A stretch of DNA of 64,000 nucleotides from Nitrospira sp. (GTDB lineage: Bacteria > Nitrospirota > Nitrospiria > Nitrospirales > UBA8639), in NCBI GenBank assembly GCA_028819435.1, contig JAPPLK010000073.1, forward strand, positions 3,323 to 67,322, written 5' to 3'. Of the stretch, positions 1 to 9,787 are shown piece by piece. Each line of letters begins with the position of its first letter. The first letter of the stretch is position 1. The position numbers and the translations under genes are program-made. The notes below the pieces were generated by a model, which ran no database searches, was not told the DNA's origin, and worked only from the letters and a program-made list of their open reading frames with translations.

Positions 1-1
1 C

Positions 2-229
2 GCCGAATTACTGGAACGGGCCCAACAGATCGGCGCCCACGCCGTTATCGACATTCAGATCAAGGGCACGATTCAGCAAAAAATCCTGACCGGGATGGCG
101 CTCAAATACCTGTCGCCGCAAGAGATCCTGGACGTCCAAGCGGCGAATAAATTGGATGAGGACGAGAAAGCCTACTATGAAGCGCAAAAGGAGCGTCGCG
201 ATGAAGACTGGGCCCCGCCGGTAGGATAA
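2..229 (+). CDS. 3' end of a gene that starts upstream of the window (last 75 codons; product unknown)
   Basis: Frame is open from the window edge to TAA at 227-229 (AELLERAQQIGAHAVIDIQIKG...DEDWAPPVG*). Composition looks coding. No family recognised. Confidence 0.35.
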   Translation, partial: AELLERAQQIGAHAVIDIQIKGTIQQKILTGMALKYLSPQEILDVQAANKLDEDEKAYYEAQKERRDEDWAPPVG

Positions 230-271
230 AATGAGGAACGCCGGGGAAGAAACAAACAGGAACGATCGCCG

Positions 272-1924
272 ATGGACTTTCACTATCAGACAATCTTCGA
301 ACACGGAATTGATACGACGACGTATCGCAAGTTAACGTCGGAGCACGTCGCCACCACCAGGTTCGAAGGACGGGAGATCCTCACCGTTCAGCCTGAAGCA
401 CTCACACTTTTGGCGCGTGAGGCCATGGATGACGTGGCGCATCTCTTGCGAGCGAGCCACCTCAAACAATTGAGCCGCATTCTTGACGACCCGGAAGCCT
501 CGGAGAACGATCGCTTCGTGGCGTTGGAACTGCTGAAGAATGCCAATATTGCCGCCGGACGGGTGCTGCCGGGATGCCAGGATACCGGCACGGCGATCGC
601 CGTCGGATACAAAGGACAGCAGGTGTTCACCACGGGCCATGACGCCGAAGCGCTCTCACGCGGCATTTATGAAGCCTACGCGCAACGGCACCTGCGCTAC
701 TCGCAAATGGCGCCCCTCGACTTGTACACCGAAAAGAATACCGGCACGAATCTTCCCGCGCAGATCGAGATTTACGCCGAACCGGGAGCCGAATACCGTT
801 TCCTGTTTATCGCCAAAGGCGGGGGGTCGGCGAACAAAACCTTTTTATACCAGGAAACCAAGGCCCTGCTGAATCCGAAATCCTTGCGTTCTTTTGTCGC
901 GGAGAAAATCCGCACGCTCGGCACCTCAGCCTGCCCGCCCTACCACCTGGCCCTGGTCATCGGAGGCTTGTCCGCGGAATTCACCCTGAAAACCGTCAAA
1001 CTCGCGAGTTGCCACTACCTCGATGATCTCCCGACTTCCGGAAACGATTTGGGTCGGGCGTTTCGTGACCTCGACTTTGAACGGGAAATTTTGAAACTTT
1101 GCGTCGAAACCGGAATCGGCGCCCAATTCGGCGGCAAATATTTCGCACATGACGTACGAGTCATTCGCCTCCCCCGGCACGGCGCATCCTGCCCCGTTGG
1201 GCTGGGAGTCTCCTGCTCGGCCGACAGGCAAATCCTCGGCAAAATCACCAAGGACGGGATATTCCTCGAACAACTCGAAACAAATCCCGCGCAATACCTC
1301 CCGGACGTCAGTGAACAAGACCTGCACGAACAAGTCGTCAGGATCGACCTGAACCGGCCGATGCCGACCATCCTCTCGGAGTTGCGTCAACGTCCGGTCG
1401 CCACCCGGTTGTCGCTGACCGGACCCATTGTCGTGGCGCGAGACATCGCTCACGCCAAGCTGAAAGAACAACTGGATGCCGGCAACGGCCTACCCGAGTA
1501 CTTCAAGAATCACGTTGTCTACTACGCCGGTCCCGCCAAAAAACCCGAAGGCTATGCCTCGGGTTCTTTTGGCCCCACGACCGCCGGGCGCATGGACTCC
1601 TACGTCGATCAATTTCAGTCCGTCGGGGGCAGCATGGTCATGCTGGCGAAAGGTAATCGTTCCCGACAGGTGCGCGAAGCCTGCCGGAAATATGGAGGAT
1701 TCTATCTGGGATCCATCGGCGGACCCGCCGCGCGACTGGCCGAACACAGCATCAAGAACGTCGAAGTCCTGGAATTCGAAGAGCTTGGCATGGAAGCAGT
1801 ATGGAAAATCGAAGTCGAAGACTTCCCGGCCTTTATCGTCATCAACCACGAAGGCCGCGACTTTTACAACGACCTCGACGCCCAACACCCGTTGGTTCAA
1901 CCCGGCAGCCGGACCAAGCCGTAG
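272..1924 (+). CDS. fumA: Class I (Fe-S) fumarate hydratase, single-chain
   Basis: 550-aa ORF. The N-terminus matches my memory of E. coli FumA ([41 protein letters not shown]), and the length matches FumA/FumB. Confidence 0.9.
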   Translation: MDFHYQTIFEHGIDTTTYRKLTSEHVATTRFEGREILTVQPEALTLLAREAMDDVAHLLRASHLKQLSRILDDPEASENDRFVALELLKNANIAAGRVLPGCQDTGTAIAVGYKGQQVFTTGHDAEALSRGIYEAYAQRHLRYSQMAPLDLYTEKNTGTNLPAQIEIYAEPGAEYRFLFIAKGGGSANKTFLYQETKALLNPKSLRSFVAEKIRTLGTSACPPYHLALVIGGLSAEFTLKTVKLASCHYLDDLPTSGNDLGRAFRDLDFEREILKLCVETGIGAQFGGKYFAHDVRVIRLPRHGASCPVGLGVSCSADRQILGKITKDGIFLEQLETNPAQYLPDVSEQDLHEQVVRIDLNRPMPTILSELRQRPVATRLSLTGPIVVARDIAHAKLKEQLDAGNGLPEYFKNHVVYYAGPAKKPEGYASGSFGPTTAGRMDSYVDQFQSVGGSMVMLAKGNRSRQVREACRKYGGFYLGSIGGPAARLAEHSIKNVEVLEFEELGMEAVWKIEVEDFPAFIVINHEGRDFYNDLDAQHPLVQPGSRTKP

Positions 1925-2196
1925 AGACGGCGGCTCACCGCGTTCGACGGGGTCGATCCTATTCCGAAGCTTTGTCCGTGGCACGGTTGTCTTCTTGGAA
2001 GAAGTGTGCTACTGTTCCTCTTGAAGATGGTGGCCCGTGTTAGCGTTTCGTTTAACAAGATGGCCATTTATTAATCGAGGTTGCAATCGGAAATCTGATC
2101 GAAAGCTGACCCAAGCCGGATTTCTCCAGTCGTGCTTCGGCCCTCCTTTCCCGTTTTTCGAGTGTAAATCCCCAATACTTTCAAAGGAGTTGTTCT

Positions 2197-2511
2197 ATGC
2201 CGTTTAAAATTTATGTCGGCGGGTTGCCATATCCGACGACCGAAACGGAGTTGACCGATCTGTTTGTCCAACATGGCAACGTGGATTCGGCAAAAATCAT
2301 TACCGATAAATACACCGGCCGGTCGCGGGGTTTCGGTTTTGTTGAAATGCCCTCGGAAGAGGAAGGCAAAGCCGCCATTGCGGCGCTGAACGGTACCCAA
2401 TTGGATGGCCGAACATTGACCGTAAACCAGGCCCGGCCTCAAGAAGCAAGGGCCGGCGGAGGACGCGGCGGATTTGGTGGCGGACGAGGAGGCGGACGAC
2501 ACGACCGCTAA
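2197..2511 (+). CDS. RRM-type RNA-binding protein with Gly/Arg-rich tail
   Basis: RNP-2 (IYVGGL) and RNP-1 (RGFGFVEM) motifs, C-terminal GGGRGGFGGGRGGG tail, and AAGGAG 7 nt upstream of the ATG. Confidence 0.9.
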   Translation: MPFKIYVGGLPYPTTETELTDLFVQHGNVDSAKIITDKYTGRSRGFGFVEMPSEEEGKAAIAALNGTQLDGRTLTVNQARPQEARAGGGRGGFGGGRGGGRHDR

Positions 2512-2530
2512 AATACGCCATGAGTGAGAA

Positions 2531-2560
2531 AAGGGGAGAGGCTTGAATCCTCTCCCCTTT
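2531..2560 (+). terminator. Candidate intrinsic terminator of the RRM gene
   Basis: Perfect 11-bp stem aaggggagagg/cctctcccctt with 7-nt loop cttgaat, 20 nt after the stop codon. The T-tract is weak (ttt). Confidence 0.45.
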
Positions 2561-2602
2561 CAACTCTCTTCCCACTATGCTGAATTCAAGGTCACTGTTA
2601 TC

Positions 2603-2902
2603 ATGACTCGTTTATCCCGCACGGCACTCGTTCTCGGGGTTCTGGTTTGTTTCCTGGTAATGGGTGGCGTGGTTTCCAGCCAGGCTGCGGCTCATTCTCT
2701 TCACCACGCTCACCATAACGCAGCCACCCATTCGACGATTCTCTGCTCCCTGATGTGCTCTGCAGGCCAAGTGGTCAGCGTGGCCGGACCCGTTTTCGAT
2801 GCTCCGCTGACCGTTTTACACGCCTTGGAAATTTCCATTGCTCATCCTGTCACGCTGACCGTTCCAACGCTACGCTTTTCTCGCGGTCCTCCCCGGTTCT
2901 AG
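2603..2902 (+). CDS. Small secreted/membrane His- and Cys-rich protein (DUF2946-like?)
   Basis: Signal/TM segment LVLGVLVCFLVMGGVV followed by HSLHHAHHNAATH and CSLMC. The start is set at the ATG at 2603 because the upstream TTG lies inside the terminator hairpin. No clear SD. Confidence 0.4.
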   Translation: MTRLSRTALVLGVLVCFLVMGGVVSSQAAAHSLHHAHHNAATHSTILCSLMCSAGQVVSVAGPVFDAPLTVLHALEISIAHPVTLTVPTLRFSRGPPRF

Positions 2903-3059
2903 TCTCAAGTCTTCCCTTTCACACGTTCCAGCGTTCTTTCCGTCGAGGGGTCTCCCCTTACGGGAAATGCTGTTTGCTACTTTTTCCAAATGGAGGACTT
3001 TATGACTCGATCCAAGGGATTGGCACAATCAGTTTCATTCATGTCTTGCGAGAAGAGGT

Positions 3060-4238
3060 TTGCAAATGAACGGAGTACTGAACCCGGTGAAACCGGGAAT
3101 CATATTTGTGCTTTTTTTATTCTGCCTGACGTGGGCCAACACTCAAGGAGTCCACGCGGCTTTATTGGACGGCATGCTCGATGACGTCGAGGAATCACTG
3201 GCCGAAGGGTTGGCGAACAAAGGAGAAAAACTGACCACGGGGAACTTTTATACCGACGACAAGCCGAATGCTCATGCCCCCATCGGGATGATGGGAGATC
3301 ACACGCATGAAGCAGGAGAAGTCATGTTCTCCTATCGCTTGATGCACATGTTCATGGAGGGAAACCGTTACGGCACCGACAGGGTGACCACTGATGAAGT
3401 GACGATGATGGGACGACCGGTGCCATCAGGATATCTGGTAGCGCCGGAATCCATGCGCATGTGGATGCACATGTTCGGGTTCATGTATGGATTGAACGAT
3501 ACGGTAACCCTGACGCTCATGGTACCGTACCTGAACAACAGCATGGACCACGTGACACGTATGGGAGGGAAATTTACGACCCGTTCTGAAGGGTTCGGAG
3601 ACATCCGGTTCGGATCACTCTGGCGGCTCTGGGCAATCGAAGCCCCAAGTATCGGAGCCCATCGATTCCACTTCAACCTGTCGATGAGTGTACCGACTGG
3701 AGACATTGAACCCACGGACCGGACGCCACTGGGACCAAACAGCAGACTGCCCTATCCCATGCATCTTGGTTCTGGAACCTTTGATTTTTACCCTGGGATC
3801 ACGTACGGAGGAGAAATGGGTCACGCCTCTTGGGGTATCCAGGCTATCGGCACCCTGAGGGCAGGCCAAAATTCCAATGATTTTTCCAAAGGTGACGCCT
3901 ACACCATCAACGTGCATGGCGCCTATGAACTCATCAGGAATACGCTGAGCAGTTCGGTTCGTCTGAGTTGGAATCACTGGGAGCCCTACGATGGAATGGA
4001 TTCGAACATTCGAACGAATCACCCGATGAATCAAATAAGGATCGTGCAAACCGCGTTTCCTGACCTGTTGGGCGGGCAACGCCTGGATCTCCTGTTCGGG
4101 GTCAATATCCTGTTCCCGGAGTTCATGGGCCTGGAAAACAGGTTGGCAGTGGAAGGCGGGTTCCCGATCTACCAGTACCTGGACGGGCAGCTTGAGACCG
4201 ATTCGGTCGTCACGTTCGGGTGGCAGGCGGTCTATTGA
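3060..4238 (+). CDS. Outer-membrane beta-barrel of the 'MetA-pathway of phenol degradation'-like transporter family, with a Met/His-rich N-terminal part
   Basis: Signal peptide, then HAPIGMMGDHTHEAGEVMFSYRLMHMFMEG and MRMWMHMFGFMYG, alternating beta-strand-like pattern, and C-terminal aromatic residue (Y). Confidence 0.6.
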   Translation: MQMNGVLNPVKPGIIFVLFLFCLTWANTQGVHAALLDGMLDDVEESLAEGLANKGEKLTTGNFYTDDKPNAHAPIGMMGDHTHEAGEVMFSYRLMHMFMEGNRYGTDRVTTDEVTMMGRPVPSGYLVAPESMRMWMHMFGFMYGLNDTVTLTLMVPYLNNSMDHVTRMGGKFTTRSEGFGDIRFGSLWRLWAIEAPSIGAHRFHFNLSMSVPTGDIEPTDRTPLGPNSRLPYPMHLGSGTFDFYPGITYGGEMGHASWGIQAIGTLRAGQNSNDFSKGDAYTINVHGAYELIRNTLSSSVRLSWNHWEPYDGMDSNIRTNHPMNQIRIVQTAFPDLLGGQRLDLLFGVNILFPEFMGLENRLAVEGGFPIYQYLDGQLETDSVVTFGWQAVY

Positions 4239-4291
4239 TTCAAACCACTTGCCAAAAAAGGACTGAAATTTCTTTGCAAAGGAGACCCGAC

Positions 4292-5101
4292 GTGTGGCGC
4301 CGTATCCGGACAATGAGTTGGCTTTCTCTTGTGGTGTGGTCAGGATTCGCAGGTGCGGGATTTGCCTATGACGTAATCGATGTCAGGAACGGAGCAACCA
4401 TCACGGGGAAGGTGGCGTTGACGGGCGCCCTCCCCCATGCTCCAAGACGTTTTGAAGTCAGGAACGGGCCGGAGGTTTGCGGGTCGGAGCGCGTGCTGAC
4501 CAAACTCGACGTGCATGACGGCATGGTTCAAGGCGTCGTCATCGCCCTGGAGGGCGTGGAACAAGGCAAACCGTTTGCTTCGCATCGTGATGCAGCCACA
4601 GATCGGGGTCGCGGGGCATTTCATTATGCCGGTGGAAACGAATTGAACCTTGACGTTCGACTCGAAAAATGCAGTTTCGGCCCATTCACCGGGGTAATTC
4701 GGGTAGACGAGTCCGTCCGATTCGTCAATCACGATTCCATCAAACACACCCTGCATACGTATTCCTTAAAAGGCCGTAAGGCCAAAATCATGAGAACTCT
4801 GCACACGCAGAGTCTTCGAGCTCAGGGACAGACGGAAAAAAACTTTCCCGCCAAAAAGCTGCGTCGCGCCTCTGCCGTGGTGTTGACCTGCGATCGTCAT
4901 GACTTTATGGAAAATTGGCTGTATATGGTCAGGAATCCCTATTACGCGATTTCTGATGAATCAGGGAATTTCGAGATCGGCCAGATCCCTCCAGGCGACT
5001 ACAAACTGGTGGCATGGCACCCCGTCCTGGGTATGAACGAACAACGCGTGACGGTGACTCCGGATGGTCGCCTCGCGGTCAATTTCGAATTTATAAACTA
5101 A
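4292..5101 (+). CDS. Secreted protein with a carboxypeptidase-regulatory-like / cupredoxin-like C-terminal segment
   Basis: GTG at 4292 is preceded by AAGGAG at 7-nt spacing. Signal peptide present. FVNHDSIKHTLHTYS and GNFEIGQIPPGDYKLVAWHPVLG are typical of such domains. The start is uncertain (the ORF opens at 4220). Confidence 0.45.
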   Translation: MWRRIRTMSWLSLVVWSGFAGAGFAYDVIDVRNGATITGKVALTGALPHAPRRFEVRNGPEVCGSERVLTKLDVHDGMVQGVVIALEGVEQGKPFASHRDAATDRGRGAFHYAGGNELNLDVRLEKCSFGPFTGVIRVDESVRFVNHDSIKHTLHTYSLKGRKAKIMRTLHTQSLRAQGQTEKNFPAKKLRRASAVVLTCDRHDFMENWLYMVRNPYYAISDESGNFEIGQIPPGDYKLVAWHPVLGMNEQRVTVTPDGRLAVNFEFIN

Positions 5102-5102
5102 C

Positions 5103-6356
5103 GTGGCAACCATCATGCCTTTTCGGGCCGTCAGGCCCAAGCCGGAACACGCGGCCCAAGTGGCGGCTCCTCCCTATGACGTCGTCTCCTTGGACAAGGC
5201 ACGCGACGTTGCCGCCGGCAATCCTTATTGTTTTCTCCGGGTCGGGCGAGCCGAGTTGGAACTGGCTGACGGCGTTGATCCCTATTCAACGGAAGTCTAC
5301 GAACGAGGCGCCGCCAACCTGCGGAAATTCCTTGATGACAATATCCTGACTCGGGAACCTTACCCCATGTTCGGAGTCTATCGCCAACGTTGGGGGACGC
5401 ACGAACAAACCGGTCTCGTTGCGCTGGCCTCGATCGACGAATACGACCATGGACTCATTAAGAAACATGAACTCACCAGACCGGTTAAGGAAAAAGACCG
5501 CGTGCAGGTGATTGAAACGCACGACTCGCAATCCGGGCCCGTTCTCCTGTTTTTCCGCCGTTCGAATCAATTCGGCAATTGGCTTGAGGACGTCACGGTC
5601 ACGGAACCGGACTGCCGGTTCACAGCGGACGATGGCGTGGAGCATACAGTCTGGAGCCTGCGTGATGACGCGGCCATTGAAACAATGATCGAAAATTTCA
5701 AGGACGTTGACGCCCTTTATATTGCAGACGGACACCATCGCTCGGCCGCAGCCAGCCGGGTACGAGCGGCCCGGACCGACAATTCCGGACAATCCTCGCA
5801 GTATCGCAAAGAAGGATTCTTAAGCGTCATTTTTCCGCACGACGAATTGCAAATCCTGCCTTATAACCGCGTTGTCCGCGACCTGAACGGGCATACGCCA
5901 CAACAATTTCTTGACGCATTGGCCGCGGACTATGACGTGAAACCCACAACGCAACCCGGACAGGCGTTGAAGGCCGGGGTTGACGTGTACCTGGAAGGCC
6001 GCTGGCATCGAGCGATTCCCAAATTGACGCCGGAACAACGGACGTGGATGGAAGAAAATCCGGTGAACGCCCTGGCCGTATCCGTGTTGACCGATCGCGT
6101 GTTGACCCCGTTGCTGGGCATTACGGATCAACGCTCCGATCCGAGGATCGATTTCGTCGGTGGGATCCACCCACCGAAAACCTTGGCCGCAAAGGTGGAT
6201 GCAGGAGAATGGGCCGTTGCGTTCTGGTTGTACCCCACGACCGTCGATGAACTCATAGCCGTGGCCGATGCCAAAGACATCATGCCACCCAAGAGCACGT
6301 GGTTTGAGCCCAAGCTGCGTGACGGGTTGTTCGTTCATATGCTCAGCGATTCCTAA
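5103..6356 (+). CDS. DUF1015 family protein
   Basis: The N-terminal signature PFRAVRP...PPYDVV and the 417-aa length are typical of DUF1015. Confidence 0.8.
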   Translation: MATIMPFRAVRPKPEHAAQVAAPPYDVVSLDKARDVAAGNPYCFLRVGRAELELADGVDPYSTEVYERGAANLRKFLDDNILTREPYPMFGVYRQRWGTHEQTGLVALASIDEYDHGLIKKHELTRPVKEKDRVQVIETHDSQSGPVLLFFRRSNQFGNWLEDVTVTEPDCRFTADDGVEHTVWSLRDDAAIETMIENFKDVDALYIADGHHRSAAASRVRAARTDNSGQSSQYRKEGFLSVIFPHDELQILPYNRVVRDLNGHTPQQFLDALAADYDVKPTTQPGQALKAGVDVYLEGRWHRAIPKLTPEQRTWMEENPVNALAVSVLTDRVLTPLLGITDQRSDPRIDFVGGIHPPKTLAAKVDAGEWAVAFWLYPTTVDELIAVADAKDIMPPKSTWFEPKLRDGLFVHMLSDS

Positions 6357-6361
6357 GACGT

Positions 6362-6811
6362 TCAGAACATCCAGGGGACGAGCCGCCACGTCCGTAACCG
6401 GTAGGCTTCATAGTCGTCAAAGACTTCGCTTAAAAAACGCTCTTCACAGGAGAGTTTGACCACCAGGTCCGCGCATAAGGCCAACCACCAAAACCCTCGC
6501 CAGTATGAAAAGGATTCGCACACCAGGGCCAGCGCAATCAACAGCAACGCCGTGTACATAGGGTGCCGGACCCATCGATACGGACCATTGGTGACCAACC
6601 TGCTCCCGGTCCTGACCTCGGGGAACACATTGACCCTCGTGATCCTCATGGTGAAGATCGCCCACACCAACAACAGGATTCCCGACAGTTCCAACGTGAA
6701 GAACCAGCTATTCCCGGCGAACCATGGACCGGACACCAGGATGGCCACAATACAGGCAAATTGAACACCGACAAGAAAGTAGGACCTGAAGGATTGGCGT
6801 TTCACGTTCAA
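6362..6811 (-). CDS. Isoprenylcysteine carboxyl methyltransferase (ICMT)/phospholipid methyltransferase family membrane protein
   Basis: Multi-TM 149-aa ORF with NGPYRWVRHPMYTA. Confidence 0.75.
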   Translation of the reverse strand: MNVKRQSFRSYFLVGVQFACIVAILVSGPWFAGNSWFFTLELSGILLLVWAIFTMRITRVNVFPEVRTGSRLVTNGPYRWVRHPMYTALLLIALALVCESFSYWRGFWWLALCADLVVKLSCEERFLSEVFDDYEAYRLRTWRLVPWMF

Positions 6812-6848
6812 GACGCGGTGGGCGAAAACATCAAGAAGAACAGGAGTC

Positions 6849-7271
6849 TCAATACCGGTAACCGCCGCTCAGGTGTTTCTCCAAAGTCGAGGACAGACCG
6901 AGATGATTGCGATAGACGGAGGAGCCTACGATTTCTTTATTCGCCGGAGCCAGTTCACTTGCTCTCTTGAAATGGACCGTGGCTTCCCGGTGATGGCCCA
7001 GCTTGTGAAGCGTCAGGGCCAGGTTGAAATGGACTTCCGGCAATTCGGGGTCGGCCTGAATCGCCGATTCGAAACGACTTTTCGCCTCTTGCCAATTGCC
7101 TGAATTATATTGCTGAATCCCTTCAAGATTCTGCTGGGCCGCAGATGGGCTCGTCATCGGCAGGACGGCGAGTGGACCGGACGGCGTGACACACCCCGTC
7201 ACCATCACGACGCAACCCAAGACGACCAATCTTATTCCACGATACATGGAGTTCCTTGCTGTCTCTGTCAC
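6849..7271 (-). CDS. TPR-repeat lipoprotein
   Basis: Lipobox-like VTGC after the signal peptide, and TPR-like helices (WQEAKSRFESAIQADPELPEVHFNLALTLHKLGHHREA). Confidence 0.65.
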   Translation of the reverse strand: MTETARNSMYRGIRLVVLGCVVMVTGCVTPSGPLAVLPMTSPSAAQQNLEGIQQYNSGNWQEAKSRFESAIQADPELPEVHFNLALTLHKLGHHREATVHFKRASELAPANKEIVGSSVYRNHLGLSSTLEKHLSGGYRY

Positions 7272-7459
7272 GCCCTTTCTTGAATTGTGTCACCATGCAC
7301 GCAAAAATAGCAACGTCATGGAGGCGACCTTGCGAAGCTCAAATACAATGGACTTTTCAGCATTTCGAGTATATATAATGCCGCACGTTACATCTGTTTC
7401 CAGAACAATCAGTTATCAATTCAATGAAAACCTTTTTCTTTCATAGGAGGAATCAACAG

Positions 7460-7834
7460 ATGAAACAGACGATCGGTTTTCTGGCGTTGATGATCATCGC
7501 CGGCGGCCTCTGGCAGGCATCGACATACGCGTCCGGCTCCTTTTCGTCCGGCCAAGGCATCAATGCCAGGAGCGCCTACGCCATGGGCAAAGCCCTCACG
7601 TTTCAGAAGCTCGTGTGCCCGTCCTGTCCCCTGAAGGCGGCTGATTTGACCAAGGAACGGGCCATGAGCCTGAAGAACAGCCTCGAAGCCCGTGACGCGA
7701 CTAGCAAGCCGGGCACCCCGGATGATGAAAACATCGCCGTGCTCTGTCCGGGAAGCCGTGCAACCGGTTGCGAAGGGAAACCGGACGAACAGGAACTCGT
7801 CCACTATTACCTGAAGCGCCGCTTCAAAATGTAA
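7460..7834 (+). CDS. Secreted Cys-containing hypothetical protein
   Basis: ATG at 7460 with GGAGG 8 nt upstream. Signal peptide MKQTIGFLALMIIAGG. CPSCP and CPGSRATGC motifs. Confidence 0.55.
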   Translation: MKQTIGFLALMIIAGGLWQASTYASGSFSSGQGINARSAYAMGKALTFQKLVCPSCPLKAADLTKERAMSLKNSLEARDATSKPGTPDDENIAVLCPGSRATGCEGKPDEQELVHYYLKRRFKM

Positions 7835-7880
7835 TCACGTCGGATTCATCATGAACGTCTAGAGACGGAGATACGTTACC

Positions 7881-8774
7881 ATGCACAGAACAAAATTGAT
7901 TGCCTTCGTGGTTACGATCATGACGGCCGTCGGATCATCCGCATTTGCCGACGGCGTATCGCCGTGGCTTCCCGCACCAGGTGCCGGATTCATTAACCTT
8001 TCCTATGTATCCCAGAACGCCAACCAGTTCTACGTCCAGGATAACTTGAGAGGAACTCCCCCTCAAAATGCTGTACCCGACGGCAAAGGCCCGAATCTCG
8101 GTCAGCACACCGTGTGGCTGAACGGCATGTACGGCTTATCAGATGAAATCGCCATAGATTTCCGCGTGGGCGCTGCCAGGAGTTACGCATCTGCCGGGCC
8201 AACAGGCGGGCGGGATAAATATGGTGGCGTGACGGACTCCAATATCGGCGTCACGTGGCGTATCGTGGATGAACTGGTGAAGCCTTCATTGCCGAGTCTC
8301 GCCCTGCGCGGCGGGGTGATCATCGAAGGTTCCTACACACCCGGCTACATCAATTCCATCGGCGACGGAGCAAGCGGCCTGGAAATGTCGGCCCTGGCCG
8401 GCAAATATCTGGCTGATTGGTTGGCGATATCCGGCGAAGTCGGATACCGCGTCCGCGACGAGGACGTCCCTTCAGACCTCTTCGTGAACGTGTCGGGCGG
8501 CGTGCTGTTTGATAACATCGGCTTGAGTGTCAACTACAAGCTCGTTGACGCTCAGTCCGGTCTTCAAATCGGCGTTCCACCATTCACTCCTGGCGGACGA
8601 GTTTTTCCCAGGTTGGAAGAAGACGTCCAGTTCCTCAGCGGGACGGTAAGCCTCAACGTGACCGAACAAACGAACGTGGCCTTGTCTTACGGTGAGGTCA
8701 TCGACGGCCGCAATACGTCAAAGTCCAAAGTATTCAGCGTGACGATGAGCTACCCGTTCGACACCACCTTGTGA
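7881..8774 (+). CDS. Outer-membrane beta-barrel protein (family uncertain)
   Basis: Signal peptide, alternating hydrophobic pattern, and C-terminal ...SVTMSYPFDTTL. Confidence 0.55.
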   Translation: MHRTKLIAFVVTIMTAVGSSAFADGVSPWLPAPGAGFINLSYVSQNANQFYVQDNLRGTPPQNAVPDGKGPNLGQHTVWLNGMYGLSDEIAIDFRVGAARSYASAGPTGGRDKYGGVTDSNIGVTWRIVDELVKPSLPSLALRGGVIIEGSYTPGYINSIGDGASGLEMSALAGKYLADWLAISGEVGYRVRDEDVPSDLFVNVSGGVLFDNIGLSVNYKLVDAQSGLQIGVPPFTPGGRVFPRLEEDVQFLSGTVSLNVTEQTNVALSYGEVIDGRNTSKSKVFSVTMSYPFDTTL

Positions 8775-8783
8775 TTCCCCGCG

Positions 8784-8834
8784 CCTGTCCTGCCTGTCCT
8801 GAGCGTAGCGAAGCCGAAGGAAGCCTGTCGAAGG
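8784..8834. repeat. REP-like unit of the CCTGTCCTGAGCG(A/T)AGCGAAG(C/T)CGAAGG family
   Basis: cctgtcctgcctgtcctgagcgtagcgaagccgaaggaagcctgtcgaagg. The same core recurs at 9718, 35798-35913, 42163, 47836-47990 and 60930. Confidence 0.7.
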
Positions 8835-8849
8835 ATGTCGCGACGCGCC

Positions 8850-9680
8850 TCAGGGCCGGTTCAGGCTCCAGTCGTACTCGTAGTCCACTGACCCGGCGAA
8901 TTGCCTCAGGCGCGTCGCAAGCGCCTTATCCGCGTACTTGATAAGGTGTTCGAGCATGGATTTCTCAGTGCCCCCGAAATCCGCCACGTACCACTTGTAG
9001 ATGCTTGAGACGACGAGAAAATCATCATCAACGAAATCAACCCCCCGCGGATGATTGACGTAGGCACGGGCACCGGCATCCAGGAGTTCATCGGTATTCT
9101 CCGCGGTGAAGGCCGTTGCCGACAGGTTGGGACACCCGTAACTGGCACAGTTGACCGCATAGTGGATTCGGTTGTCCTTCCAGATGGGACGCAGGATACC
9201 GTGTTCGACGTTGTTCAGCGTCAGGTCCCGGCCGGCGACGTTGGCGTGTACGTCGTCCCATGGCCCGCCGAAGATTCTCCCTAATTTACCCAGCAGGCTC
9301 TTGCTGATGTCCTTGATGGAATCCACGGGATACGCGTCCGTCACGACCTTCACGGTCAGGGCGTTGTAGAAATTAATCCAGTACGCTTTTTGTTCCGGTC
9401 GAGAATGGGTCCTCGGATCAAACGATTGTAAATACGTCAGGTACGAATCCAGCTTGGCAATGCTCCCTGCATTGGCCTTGAGCGCCGCGTAGTCGAAGCG
9501 ATTCACGCCTGAGTCGTGTTTGCGAAGATAGTCGTCCAGGATCTCCTGCCATGCACGATGATCGACGTGAGCGACGTTGTGTTCGTCACTCGCGTCCCAC
9601 TCCGGAATCAGCTTGGCAGGCTGGGCGTGTGCGGCAACGGCAAGCAGCGTTACCACGAGCAGGACGACGGCAATTCGCAA
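8850..9680 (-). CDS. DUF547 domain protein (secreted)
   Basis: YWINFYNALTVKVV and the CASYGCP region are typical of DUF547. The start is placed at TTG 9680 (GGGAGA 6 nt upstream, followed by the signal peptide RIAVVLLVVTLLAVAAHA), because the longer ORF to 9845 would translate a REP unit. Confidence 0.7.
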   Translation of the reverse strand: MRIAVVLLVVTLLAVAAHAQPAKLIPEWDASDEHNVAHVDHRAWQEILDDYLRKHDSGVNRFDYAALKANAGSIAKLDSYLTYLQSFDPRTHSRPEQKAYWINFYNALTVKVVTDAYPVDSIKDISKSLLGKLGRIFGGPWDDVHANVAGRDLTLNNVEHGILRPIWKDNRIHYAVNCASYGCPNLSATAFTAENTDELLDAGARAYVNHPRGVDFVDDDFLVVSSIYKWYVADFGGTEKSMLEHLIKYADKALATRLRQFAGSVDYEYDWSLNRP

Positions 9681-9717
9681 ACAACGTCTCCCGCGTGTAG
9701 TGACGAACCGGCGCTTG

Positions 9718-9762
9718 CCCTGCCTGTCCTGAGCGAAGCCGAAGGAAGCGAAGCGAACGAAT
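9718..9762. repeat. REP-like unit (same family as 8784)
   Basis: cctgcctgtcctgagcgaagccgaaggaagcgaagcgaacgaa. Confidence 0.7.
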
Positions 9763-9787
9763 GTTCGCCCTGTAATCCTAACTCGTT

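Noticed and set aside
2543-2602. TTG start at 2543 for the His/Cys mini-protein
   Set aside because: That codon sits in the loop of the 11-bp terminator hairpin of the preceding RRM gene. The signal peptide begins at the ATG at 2603.
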